Shown: positions 36,140 to 47,900 of the stretch, in pieces | How the letters are laid out: every line of letters begins with the position of its first letter | Numbering within the stretch: position 1 is the first letter of the stretch | From: Bugula neritina | Taxonomy: Eukaryota; Animalia; Bryozoa | Reading direction: 5' to 3' | DNA: 64,000 bases | Assembly (NCBI GenBank): GCA_964035545.1 | Contig: OZ037773.1 | Span: 3,439,751-3,503,750 of the forward strand | Made by a program: the position numbers and the translations under genes | Notes under the pieces: generated by a model | What the model was told of the DNA's origin: nothing | The model's input: the letters and a program-made list of their open reading frames with translations, nothing else | The model's database searches: none

Positions 36140-37927
36140 CAGGGATGTAGTGGCAAAAATATTCTTGGCCATACTCTCAGGCCGGGGGTCCAGGGGGCCG
36201 CCCAGGCCCCCGGCGGGGTCCGGGGCAGTGCCCCGGCCGCCGAAGCCCTCAGAGCGCTTCTGATGCGAATTTATGCAATTTAAAGCCATTGTGAATTCTA
36301 ATTCTTCTGAAAAAAATCTGTGTTGAAATGTGCACCTCACTATTATTTTCATACCATACCAGCTACATGACGACTGGGCATTGCTGCAAACTATATAAAT
36401 ATTCAGTATTGTCCCATACCTGTTGACTGTAATTTTAAATGTAGTCTTACTCAATTGGCACTAAGTCCAACCTGTACAGAAAAATTGCTGAAGATCTCAA
36501 AAAGATGGAAGGATAGAGACAGGTAACAAGTGCTCTCCAAATGTAACCTGATTACTTCAAATATCTAATACACTGACAAGCACAGAAAAAAAATTATAGA
36601 ACAGAACAGAGGAAGATTGCAAATTAGAAAATGTGTGTTGGTTATTTATAAAGAGCAATTTGAATTGATAACTCATTGGCAAGCAGAAATTGGTTGAAAA
36701 CCTAGTTGGAGTTTATTAGAGTATACTAGTCTAATCCATAAGGAGATACCACCGCACCTCCTTGCACACAATAAAGCACACCAAAGAAGAGTATGTTAAC
36801 TTGGTTTTAAAGTAAAACCCCTGAGCTTCCACTAGACACATCAAGGAAATATACCCCAAAAGAACAAATTTGACAGGTTCAATATGTGTTAACCTAGAAG
36901 ATGATTAAATGTAAAGCCAGACGTTAGTACAATCAAACATAAAAGGTTACTTATGGTGGTGTACAGTTTGCAAAACCTCATTGCATTGATAATTAACATG
37001 GAATAACGCAACCAAAATGTGGATATAGTACCTGTAGACCTCGGTGATAAATTTTCATTAACCTCTCCTACACACCTGGTACTGTTTCCTGAAGACATTT
37101 TGATTTTATTTCTGGATTTCATGTTGGTTTTTTTTCCAAATTTCATTGCTTATTGACAAAATGCAAGTCCACACAAGATAAATAATGGCAACTTTCTAGC
37201 TGACACTGCCTTGCTGAGGCCACATTATTGGTATATTATAAGAATTTAGTCCCGCCAAATAAAACCATACTTAATTGTGCTAGAGTTAAAATTTAAAAAC
37301 TATGTTTTAGATCTTCCTGTTCCTCAGAGCACCTGATTTTTCGAATTTTCAATAGTTTTTTTGCAAGGTTATAGACAAAAATCTACTATTTTGGCCAATT
37401 TTACCTGAAAAGTTTATTTTTCAATCCCTGCCAAATATCTCAGCAGGAAAGCATAGTATTCGAATAAAACAAACACTGTCGAAAACCTGAGAAATTTATG
37501 CATAGCAACCTTTTTTATCTTTTCAATAGCCTTCATAGATTTTCTAAAAATTAGTGATTTATACACTGAAAATGAAATATTTTTTCCTTAGTAATCACTA
37601 ATGCGCAGCACTTCGCGCTTCAGTGAATACGTAGAGATGAGAAGATGGAATGTTGATAGCTGCTTATTATTCATAGTGTAATCTCAGGCTAAACAATCAC
37701 AAGTAGGCAACACGCATGCCACCCACATAGCATTAACATAACAAGAACTTAAACTAGATTGTGAGCGAAATTTATGATGTTCTCAGTGAGGATGCCCTAA
37801 CTATCCTGTGCACTAATCAGTAACACTTTCAAAAAATATATGCCCATACGGGCGTATGGCCAAGAACAGCCTATTTTCTTCTAGGCCATACGGCGTATGG
37901 GACCGTATGGGTACCACTACATCCCTG
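36140..37927 (+). mobile_element. Non-autonomous hAT DNA transposon
   Basis: Perfect 14-bp TIR CAGGGATGTAGTGG, perfect 8-bp TSD TGTACAAC, GC-rich subterminal hairpin, and a possible remnant of the hAT C-terminal domain (LSPTCTEKLLKISKDG at about 36460-36510). Confidence 0.92.
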
Positions 37928-38128
37928 TGTACAACTACAAAATAATATAAGATTAAAAAATCATATAAAACTACAATGTAGTATAAAACTGCAAATGTAA
38001 AACTAAAATATAGTACAAGAGTTACTGCTAAAATGTAATATAAAACTGCAACATATAAAATATATACTATGCGTAACTATTATCTCATTGTGATGATTTA
38101 ACTGTAGGTAGCAGAATGCAATCACAAA

Positions 38129-39861
38129 TCACTGCATCGTGTAAGAATCACCCACTGCATGTAAGCATGGTGGCAGTGTATATTTAGCAGTTGTCTCTCC
38201 TCTGTATCTCCATGGTACCTGCTGATACTCTATGATTGGTAAGTAGAGTTGTGTCCCCTCTGTTTCTTCAGCTGTAGAATCAGTACTTTCACTTAGTAAA
38301 GTGTCTGTTTGTCTTCTTCTGAAGTAAAATGTGTGAAATCCATTAGTTTAGTATTGCATATACGATTTCTCTTCATTATATATTATTTGTTTCAGAAGTA
38401 TTAAATGTTGAGTTGTTTTAATAGCGTTTTCTTATAGAAATAGAAAACGAATATTTTGTTGATCACAGACGTAGTTAAACATTTGTTTTTTAAATTCATT
38501 CTTTTAGCAAATTTAGTAAGCAACTTTATTATTTCAAAAAATTTTCATTATAACTTTACTACTTGTTTATATTTTACAGCAAGGATGAAGTTTGCACATA
38601 AGTAAGTATATTCACTTGCTTGTAATAGTCTTCGAATATGGCTTATGTATTTACTTTAAGCTGAAATGCATTTGCTAACATAGTCTCATAATAATAGAAT
38701 AGTAGCAGTAGCAGTAGTAGCAGCAGTATTAGTAGTGGTAGCGGTGGCAGTAGTAGTAGTAGTGGTAGTGGTAGTAGTAGTAGTAGTGGTGGTAGTAGTA
38801 GTGGTGGTAGTAGTAGTAGTGGTAGTAGTAGTGGTAGTAGTAGTAGTGGTAGCAGTAGTAGTAGTAGCAGTGGTAGTAGTGGTAGCGGTAGTAGCAATAG
38901 CAGCAGTAACAGCATCAGCAGTAGTAGTAGTATTTATCAACTTCTGGAGTTGTTGCGCAATTACCTGTCACGTTCGCTGTGGTCAGTCTGTTTTCTAGTT
39001 AGCATACTATCTTCTTGCAATGTAAGTTTATGAGTGTGTAATTTGACCTTTGTAAAAGAACTTACTTTACCTACAAAATCAGCCATTTCAGTTCTATGTT
39101 ATAAGCTTGCTAAGCATCACATACTAACCCATGATGTCTAGTAAACAATACATTGAATGCTGACTGCTGATACCTACTGACACATTTAACGCTAGCTACT
39201 GACACCCCATAACAGCAAATGCTAGTTGCTGATATTTTATAATAGTAAATTACTTCGTATATTGTATTTATAGCAAAATCTTTATGACAACATTTCACCA
39301 TGACTGTCACATCTAATAGTAAACAGCTGCTGTCTGTTGCATTATCAACTTGTATTAACATATTTTCTTTAAAAAGTTCTGCTTGATTTGCACTTCTACA
39401 TTACCAACTGTAAGCAGCTCCAAAATATAACTTGCATGGAAGTATTATTTGGCATTTAAACTCTCATATATTAAACAAACAAGTTATATTACTTTAAGTC
39501 ATCATGTGAACTGGTAATTCAACAAAACAGCAGCTTTGTTAAATTTGCCTCTTCATAGAGACTTTTATTATCATTATTTGCCCCAATGTGGTGGAAAGAG
39601 GTACAATTATTCCCCAGCCCAACCATAATGGTGACAGTCACCTATGTTATAGTTATGGCAGTCACCTATGTTATGCAGGGTGCGTCTCGTATCCTCCACC
39701 TGTCTCTCCACTCTCCTGTGCTCCTCTATTGACTGCTTCAGTTCTCTTCTCCACTTCTGCTCGAGTATCTTGAGAGAATTCTCCCTCTTCCTGTAGAGAG
39801 CGTCTGAAGGACGTTTGAGCACACTTACACCAGCAGCCATCTTTTCTCCGGCCGTCGGCAT
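38129..39861 (-). CDS. Uncharacterised protein of about 163 aa with an N-terminal coiled coil
   Basis: Exons 39861-39666, 39070-38965 and 38318-38129 have canonical, phase-compatible junctions and an uninterrupted frame. Confidence 0.65.
38700..38932. repeat. (GTA/GCA/GTG)n trinucleotide microsatellite, intronic
   Basis: Directly visible. Confidence 0.97.
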
Positions 39862-40119
39862 AGTGCAGTTCGTGTGAGTTCTTTTCAGAATTTCAAGTAT
39901 TGACTTATTTGTTGGTTCATTTGCTTGTTATTTTCTGTGAATCAATATAAATTCCATCACCTAATTGTTGAATACCTTATTCTAGTAAAAATATATATTA
40001 TTATTATTCATGTTCTAATATTATAATGACTATCATAGAAGAGTACATATATAATATCTCATTCAAATAGAAATTAAATTAATAATATTTTTCAATTTAA
40101 GCTAATAAACTGCGTTATA

Positions 40120-43100
40120 TGCTATGTATTGAACTAGCCTTGTCAATACACCACATAGATGCATATTATGACATACCACATTTTATGTGCTCGGTTACTT
40201 TTTTATTCTAATGTCTATTTGTTTAAACTCATTATATACAGTTTTTGCCATATCAATATACAAGCCAGTTGTTATTCTGTCACTGTTTATCTACATGTAT
40301 TTTTATGTCAGTCACTTGTTAGCTTCAATACAATACAGTCATACATTCTACTCTACAGCCAATTTTACTTATACGTGCTTAATCTTACTGTTTACTCTTG
40401 TTTAACATAAATAGCAAGAACACAACAACTGGTGTCAGAACTGGGATAGATACAGCCATATCATTTTGAAATGGAGGAAATTATAAAACAACTTGTAACA
40501 ACAATGCAGCAACAACAGCAGCAGCAGATGGAGCAATTCGCTCAAATACTGGGACAATTTACTACAGCTGTAAAGCCTGGTGAACCTGCACAAAATAAAT
40601 CTGTAACTGTGCCTAGATTCGACTCTTATGACAGAGACAAGGAATCATGGACTCAGTATTTACAGCGGCTCAATCAACACTTTACCGTTTACAACGTAAG
40701 TGACGGTGAACAAAAACGAGCTTGCTTACTTTCATGGATTGGCTCAGAATGTTATGAATTGCTGACAAAACTGTATGGCTCAGAGGACATAACTACCATG
40801 ACGTTCGATAATCTAGCAGGTAAGCTTAGCACACATTTTATTGAAACAAAACATGTGCAAGCAGCTAGATATCAGTTTTATAACTGTAAAATGAAACCTA
40901 ACCAGTCATACTCAGATTGGGCAGCTGATTTACGGGGTTTAGCTCGTAACTGCAATTTTACCTGTAAAAAGGAAGACTGTGGTGAAAGTTATGTTGATGA
41001 TCAAATCCGTGACATAATTATTAAAGAAACTCCACATGCTGATGTACGTAGACAATGCTTATTGGATCCAGATCCTACACTGGAAAATGTGTTAAAGAAG
41101 GCAGCTACATACATTCAAACAGCAGAAACTGATAAAGTTTTGAAGGGTGAGACCTCTACACCTGTTACCACAAATCAAATGTCCTCAACATACAAACGTC
41201 AAAACAAAGGTAGTCAGGGCAAGAGACCACAATTTCACAAGTCTGAAAACCAGACTGCTATGCCAACACAGCCTTCCAAGTTGAAATCGTGTCCACAATG
41301 CTACATTAGCCACGATCGTAAACAATGTCCTCACCGTAACAAACAATGTAAGCTGTGCAACAAAACAGGACATATTTCTAGCGTCTGCAAAACTTCATCA
41401 AAATCAAGTGGGAACAACTCTCACTTCGTAGAAGAATCTTCAAGTAGTGTTTACAATATATATGAACGCAAGGGGAAACAAATATGGATTAACACTACTG
41501 TGAACAACAAACAAACACAATTTCAGTGGGACACAGGCGCTACTTGCTCTATGGTAGGGAACAAAGGCTACGAAGCCCTAGGCTCTCCACCATATCAACA
41601 GACAGACACGACCCTTCATTCATATGGAAATACCGCTATGCAGGTACATGGTGAATGCTATGTAACAGTAACCATTGGTCAGACTACAAAAAACAATCTT
41701 CGATTATTAATAGTAGACTCAGATGAAGGTGTCAACTTACTAGGTGTAGACTGGAGTGACAGTTTTGGACTATCACAACAGGGTCTATCTGCTGTAGACA
41801 GTGACACCGAGGTTACTAACGCAGTACACAATGTTGATACTAAGGTCAAAGTTCTCACAACAAAATATCCCGATGTTTTCAAACCTGGAATGGGACATTG
41901 TAAAACATTCAAAGTACCAATTTACCTCAAATCAGAACATAAACCTTGTTTTTCTAAACCTAGAGAAATCCCCTATTCTCAACATGAGGCCACTAGGGCT
42001 GAATTAAACAGGCTTGAAGCTGAAGGTGTCATACAACGTATTAACTTCAGTAACTGGGCCGCTCCTATAGTAGTGGTTACCAAACCGTCTGGCAAAGTTC
42101 GCATCTGTGGAGATTTCAAGCGACTCAATCAGTGCATCTCCATAGATCAGCATCCACTACCAAAACTGGATGATTTAATGAACAGGCTTAGAGGAGGTAA
42201 ATTCTTCACCAAACTTGACTTGGCTGATGCTTACCTACAACTTGAGCTAGAAGATGATGCCAAACAGCTGTGTGTGATAAACACTCCATTCGGATTATAC
42301 CAATATAATAGAATGTGTTTTGGAATTGCCCCTGGTCCAGCTCAGTTTCAACGGTGTATGGATACCTTGACTCAAAAATTACCAGGAGTTGCTGCATACC
42401 TTGATGATTTAATCATTACTGGTAAAACGGAGGAAGAACACTGGACTAATCTGACAAACCTGCTTTCAACACTTCAAGAGCATGGTTTTCGAATACGATT
42501 AGACAAGTGTGAATTCTTCAAGCACTCTGTTGAGTATCTGGGTCACACCATCGACAAGGATGGCAAACGACCAACAGCTGCTTCCATGGCAGCTCTCTCT
42601 CAATTACCTCGACCACAGGACTTGCACCAACTGCAAGCATTTCTAGGAAAGGTTAACTACTATGGGCGCTTCATCTCTAATCTTGCGGATAAAGCAGCTC
42701 CACTGTACAAGCTCCTCAAGAATGATACCACATTCACATGGTCAAATGAATGTGAACAAGCCTTTACCCAGCTGAAGAATAGCATTATCAATGCTACTAG
42801 TCTGACACACTATGATGAGACAAACCCCCTAATTCTTGCAGCCGATGCGTCATCCTATGGATTAGGAGTTGTTCTCTCGCAGGATACTGATCAGAGAGAA
42901 GTTCCAGTGGCTTACGCTTCAAAAACAAGGAAATGCTATCTACATAGTACAAACAGACAGTGGCAACTGGAAGAGGCATGCTAATCAGCTTCAAATTCGC
43001 CTTCCATCTACAAATATGAACAAATCAGTGGTACCCAACACACCCCAAGCTGATAATAATATTGTCCATCCTCATGAGAGGCGCTATCCAACCAGAGAGT

Positions 43101-43466
43101 GCAGACAGCCAGATTGGTACAAGCCATAACTCTTAAGTCTAAATTTGTGAGGGAGGAGTGCTATGTATTGAACTAGCCTTGTCAATACACCACATAGATG
43201 CATATTATGACATACCACATTTTATGTGCTCGGTTACTTTTTTATTCTAATGTCTATTTGTTTAAACTCATTATATACAGTTTTTGCCATATCAATATAC
43301 AAGCCAGTTGTTATTCTGTCACTGTTTATCTACATGTATTTTTATGTCAGTCACTTGTTAGCTTCAATACAATACAGTCATACATTCTACTCTACAGCCA
43401 ATCTTACTTATACGTGCTTAATCTTACTGTTTACTCTTGTTTAACATAAATAGCAAGAACACAACA
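40120..43466 (+). mobile_element. Ty3/Gypsy LTR retrotransposon 3 with integrase deleted
   Basis: 308-bp LTRs at 40120-40427 and 43159-43466 with one difference seen. TSD is TTATA (5 bp). PBS TGGTGTCAGAACTGGGAT is tRNA-Leu(CAA)-like. PPT is gagggaggag. Confidence 0.97.
40471..42984 (+). CDS. Gag-protease-RT-partial RNase H polyprotein (truncated)
   Basis: Motifs CKLCNKTGH..C, WDTGATC, YLDD and ADASSYG. The ORF breaks after VAYASKT, and only the integrase tail survives in another frame (RHANQL..RYPTR). Confidence 0.92.
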   Translation: MEEIIKQLVTTMQQQQQQQMEQFAQILGQFTTAVKPGEPAQNKSVTVPRFDSYDRDKESWTQYLQRLNQHFTVYNVSDGEQKRACLLSWIGSECYELLTKLYGSEDITTMTFDNLAGKLSTHFIETKHVQAARYQFYNCKMKPNQSYSDWAADLRGLARNCNFTCKKEDCGESYVDDQIRDIIIKETPHADVRRQCLLDPDPTLENVLKKAATYIQTAETDKVLKGETSTPVTTNQMSSTYKRQNKGSQGKRPQFHKSENQTAMPTQPSKLKSCPQCYISHDRKQCPHRNKQCKLCNKTGHISSVCKTSSKSSGNNSHFVEESSSSVYNIYERKGKQIWINTTVNNKQTQFQWDTGATCSMVGNKGYEALGSPPYQQTDTTLHSYGNTAMQVHGECYVTVTIGQTTKNNLRLLIVDSDEGVNLLGVDWSDSFGLSQQGLSAVDSDTEVTNAVHNVDTKVKVLTTKYPDVFKPGMGHCKTFKVPIYLKSEHKPCFSKPREIPYSQHEATRAELNRLEAEGVIQRINFSNWAAPIVVVTKPSGKVRICGDFKRLNQCISIDQHPLPKLDDLMNRLRGGKFFTKLDLADAYLQLELEDDAKQLCVINTPFGLYQYNRMCFGIAPGPAQFQRCMDTLTQKLPGVAAYLDDLIITGKTEEEHWTNLTNLLSTLQEHGFRIRLDKCEFFKHSVEYLGHTIDKDGKRPTAASMAALSQLPRPQDLHQLQAFLGKVNYYGRFISNLADKAAPLYKLLKNDTTFTWSNECEQAFTQLKNSIINATSLTHYDETNPLILAADASSYGLGVVLSQDTDQREVPVAYASKTRKCYLHSTNRQWQLEEAC

Positions 43467-44141
43467 TTATACATGTGTATCACTTTACTTATAATGGTCA
43501 AAGTGATCAGTTTCACAGCACTAAAGGAACTGGATGTTGTAAGGGTGCGTCATAGTTATTAATATGATGGATTGTATAATTGTAGTCATTGGATGTGGTG
43601 TGGAAAGAGAGAGAGGGTAATTCCTGAGACAAACACAATGAATATCTCCCATGCAGGTAGTTATTTTATCTGCTTCTATGTATGTTTTATTTTGAAGGGT
43701 GCATTAAATAGATTTTTTTTCAATTTGCAGAATTATTGGAGATATTTTATACAATTAGATGTAAGTTTTGAAATTAATGCTTGTCCAAGCATTGAAATTT
43801 AAATTAAGGCTATTTTCAACCATCACACTTGACTGAACTCATTTCAAATCATTTGAGGAGAATGTATAAGTTGTCTTCTCAACACAACTGACAGTGACTG
43901 TAGACAATTTTTTGTTGATTCAACTTTATTCACACAAAATAATTCTACTATAAAATATTTATACAACCAATAGACTATATAAAACTACTAAACTATTACA
44001 ACAGATGCACAATCAACTAGAAAAGATAACTCCCAGTTTCATGGTGCATGCACATTGTTATTTTACAGCAAAGAAAACAATAATGATAAATATATTTGGT
44101 AGCGCAGTTACAAAGTGCTACGTCATTCTAAAGTCAACTCC

Positions 44142-44886
44142 TTAGTAGCTGTCTGCCACAACTTTACCTCTAAAACACAAGAGTCAAATAATTTATATGT
44201 TTAATTTTAAATTTTCTGATTTACAAAGTATAGTTGAGCATTCAATTACTGCATATATGTAAACTAAAATCCAAAAATTTGGATATAATTCTTTCAGTTA
44301 ATAAAGTAATGATAGCATGAAGTTTTCAATATTAACCCAACAATACATTATGGTATGTAAAGACTATTGCCCGCAGTGGCTTGTGCAGTGCTACGACATG
44401 TAATAAGGTCCGTGTACTAACCTGGTTTTGATGCACTTGAGGTACACAATGATACCTGCAGTAGCCACACCCAAGACGCAGACGGCTGCAATCACCCCTA
44501 TGGCCCAGTCAGGGAGTATAGCTGGAGCTAAAATAATTCACAGTATCTGAATATCAGCTCTATTATATATACTAGGACACTGTGTTACTCATTAATCTGT
44601 CACTAGCTAGTGTGATGTATTAACTTGTGCATACCTATGACATGCCAACTGGACTGGGAGTGTTCTGGTCTGCAGGTTGGTCTGTTCTCAGAGGTTTGGG
44701 CATCTGGGTGCCCGTCCCCTTCTTTGTAACAGGTTCCTTCTATCAGACACATACCAGCCTACACCATAACAAATATATACTAGAATACTACTACTACTAG
44801 TGCTATGACTACTACTGCTACTGCTACTAATACTATTGCTACTAATACTATTGCTACTAATACTATTGCTACTACTACTACTACCA

Positions 44887-44919
<33 letters not shown>

Positions 44920-47900
44920 AATCTACTACTACTAATTCTACTACTACTAATACTATTGCTGCCGCTGCTGCCTGTAACCACTCACCTTGACCTTGCAATC
45001 TCCTGTCTTGGTGTCACAGTCCTGGCATCTCGAGTCGTATCTCGCATAGAGAATGACGGGGCTAGCTTGGTTTCCTGGGCTGTTGGTCACACCGATAGCG
45101 AACTGGCCGGGGGTGTTGACGGGTCCAGTGGATCTCCTGGTACGGCTCTTGGCCATGTGACATTTGACCTCCGCAAAGTTCTCATACGATGCCTCCACGC
45201 TGTGTCTAACTCCACTCACCTTTAACTTTCCTCCATCTATCTAGAATATGAGACTCATAATGCTATCACTGTTTCTAATGTTAATGGAAGGATATGGAAC
45301 TAACTTCTGTTTTCCTCAATCATATTTAAACTAAAATAACACTTTACAGTCTTTTCAGAAGTAGTGAAAGGGAGGGGAGGGGGGTAAACTATGCTTTGCA
45401 GGCATTTAACCTGATCATGCTTCTATCTTAACATTCACAACTAAGCTGTTACTTCGGTAGAAGATGCATCAGCCTATAAATAAGCTAAGAAACTAGATCA
45501 ATTTCATTATGAATAATATCTAAATTATTATCTTTATAAACTATATACATCAATCACACATGTATTTTACAAGCTTTTCGTTGCAGGTAAACCTATTTAC
45601 ATACACATTATAATGGAAGTTTTACCTGCGCTGGCTGAAAAGAGCAAGTTATCTGGCTGCTGTTGATGAAGCCTTCACCAAAAACATCAGCAGTGTTGCA
45701 CACCTCAGTAGCCACGTCACAGAATGGCGCAAAGTACACGTCTGGTATGGTGCTGATGGACAGACTGCAGTCTTCCGAGACATAACCAGGGTGACACACA
45801 CACTCCCCGTCTTTGCATTGCCCTGAGAAACTCAGACTAATGTATACACAACATTGGCTAAATTTCACGGAACAAAGAGTACCAGTTTTATCTATTTCAC
45901 TTCCAATGATGTTAATCTGTAGAAACTGATCACTGGCTATTTTTACAATACTTTGTTATGAAATAAATCAAAACAAATTACAAATCCACTCATGTTTTAT
46001 CATTACTGCGCTGCAAATTATATAATATATGTAATACTGCAACACCATAGACTTGAGTCAAAGCATATGAAATTGGAGTGAACAATTGATCACATGATCA
46101 CCATTTGTCAAGTGTATGCCTTCTTGTTTTGATCAAGTAACCTTTGAACTGTAGAGGATGTTGCAAGGTTTAAATATTATGGTTTTAGTGTGTTTTGCCT
46201 AAAAGACGGCACAAGTGTTTACATGATTTGTACTCTTGGCTTATAATTTATTTTATTGTATTGGTGCATGAATGTACATGCTTGTGGCTAGGTGACATGA
46301 ACCTTAGGAATTAAATTCTACTGAAGTTATGCCCTCGTGGTGGTATTCTTATCTAACAAGAACTAGTCTGCAGTAGCTTACCATGACCACTGCATTCGTT
46401 GATACAGAAAGCATCTCCTGGTATGGTAGCATTCATCTCTTTTGTCAACTCTGATAGGCATTTCTCCTTGAATGATTCCAAGGCCGTCATAGCAAACTCA
46501 ACGCCATCCGACAGCTGAAAATCGGCAGCAAATTTAAAACTCGATCAAACCCCAAAAGTTCATATATTTTGTATTTACATTACATTTGAAAAATCCGATG
46601 TTTTTATCCAGTTCGTGCATGACACTACTGCTGATGTCTTCAACACACAGACCTATTCATATATACTAACCCTGATGTCTTCAACGCACATGTCTATATC
46701 ATATATACTAACCCTGATGTCTTCAACGCACATGTCTATGTCATCTTGAACCGGAATCTTACAATGTTGAAATGCTTTGGACTTTTTAATAAAGTTTTCA
46801 CAGAATAGAGTGGCGTTGGCCTTAGTCCAACCACTTGGTGTTGGCCATGGCAAGTCCTACAATCACAGCATTATTTTGTAGTGTTCGTATAATATTTGAT
46901 TTCAAGTGGCAGAGTTCACCATTAACCTTCAGTTTAGCTTACCGGAGCTTCCCAGTCAGGGTCAAAAGTGAAGGGTGTGGCCTTTCTTGTTGTTCCGGCA
47001 CTATATTCAAAGTTCTTCTGAGTGATGTCCTCACCTCTCTGATCACACCTGTGATAACGACAAATAGTCAAGTCAAATAAAGTCAGTGAAATTCTAGGAG
47101 TTGACAACTTGAAGGTTCTCATAAAATAAGTTGCAAGTTATTTCTCAGTGAAGCTTAGTTCTCTCTCGTATTATTATAACGCTTAAAACGTAGCTCATTC
47201 TATTCAATATAAAATGAGTAAATGGCATATAGAGAGAACACAACTACAATGTAGATATGCAATATTTGCTTTAATGACAATTTATGATGGCTTTTAGAAT
47301 GTTGAGCCCTTCTATGATGTTGAATCTATTTTTTTAATTACATATGTCTTGTTGCTAGATAGATCGTAATGAAATTCAAGCTTTCTAACGATAACGTTGA
47401 CAGAGTTTATTTTGATATTGTAATTAATAAAAGTTTAGTAGAATTTGCAATGCGAACCTCACAGCGTCGCTGTTGTCGTTACAATCAAGAACGTTGGCAG
47501 CTCCGGGAGTGGTTGCCGCCATGCAACTGCAATACGTCTGCTTGTAGGTGCGTGCAGCTGTGGGCACATTACCATTGTATATCGACTCGTCATCTGTCAC
47601 TCTAAAAAGTTACGGTGGAGGTCAAAAGGTTATGGTAAATGTAAAAAGGTTAAGGTAGAGGTCATAGTGCTTGTCATACAAAGCACTGTTACTGTAGTGG
47701 TACTACAGAAAACCTTTGGTGGTAGTCTGTGTTCCAGTAAGTAATTTTTGTATAAGAAGTTGTCTAGCTCCAAATTTAGCAAATAAAAAACATAGGCTAG
47801 GTAATTGAAAAGTAATATTATTTATATGAGAGGCATGATTAAGCCGTTTTTATAAAGCATATTATTTAATTTGTGTAAACATAGTAATCTTTAAAAAGTT

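Noticed and set aside
38643-38998. Poly-Thr, poly-Leu and poly-Val ORFs (also 44688-45225)
   Set aside because: Trinucleotide repeats lying inside introns defined by flanking splice sites.
40159-40410. Duplicated hydrophobic small ORFs (also 43198-43449)
   Set aside because: Chance ORFs within the two LTR copies.
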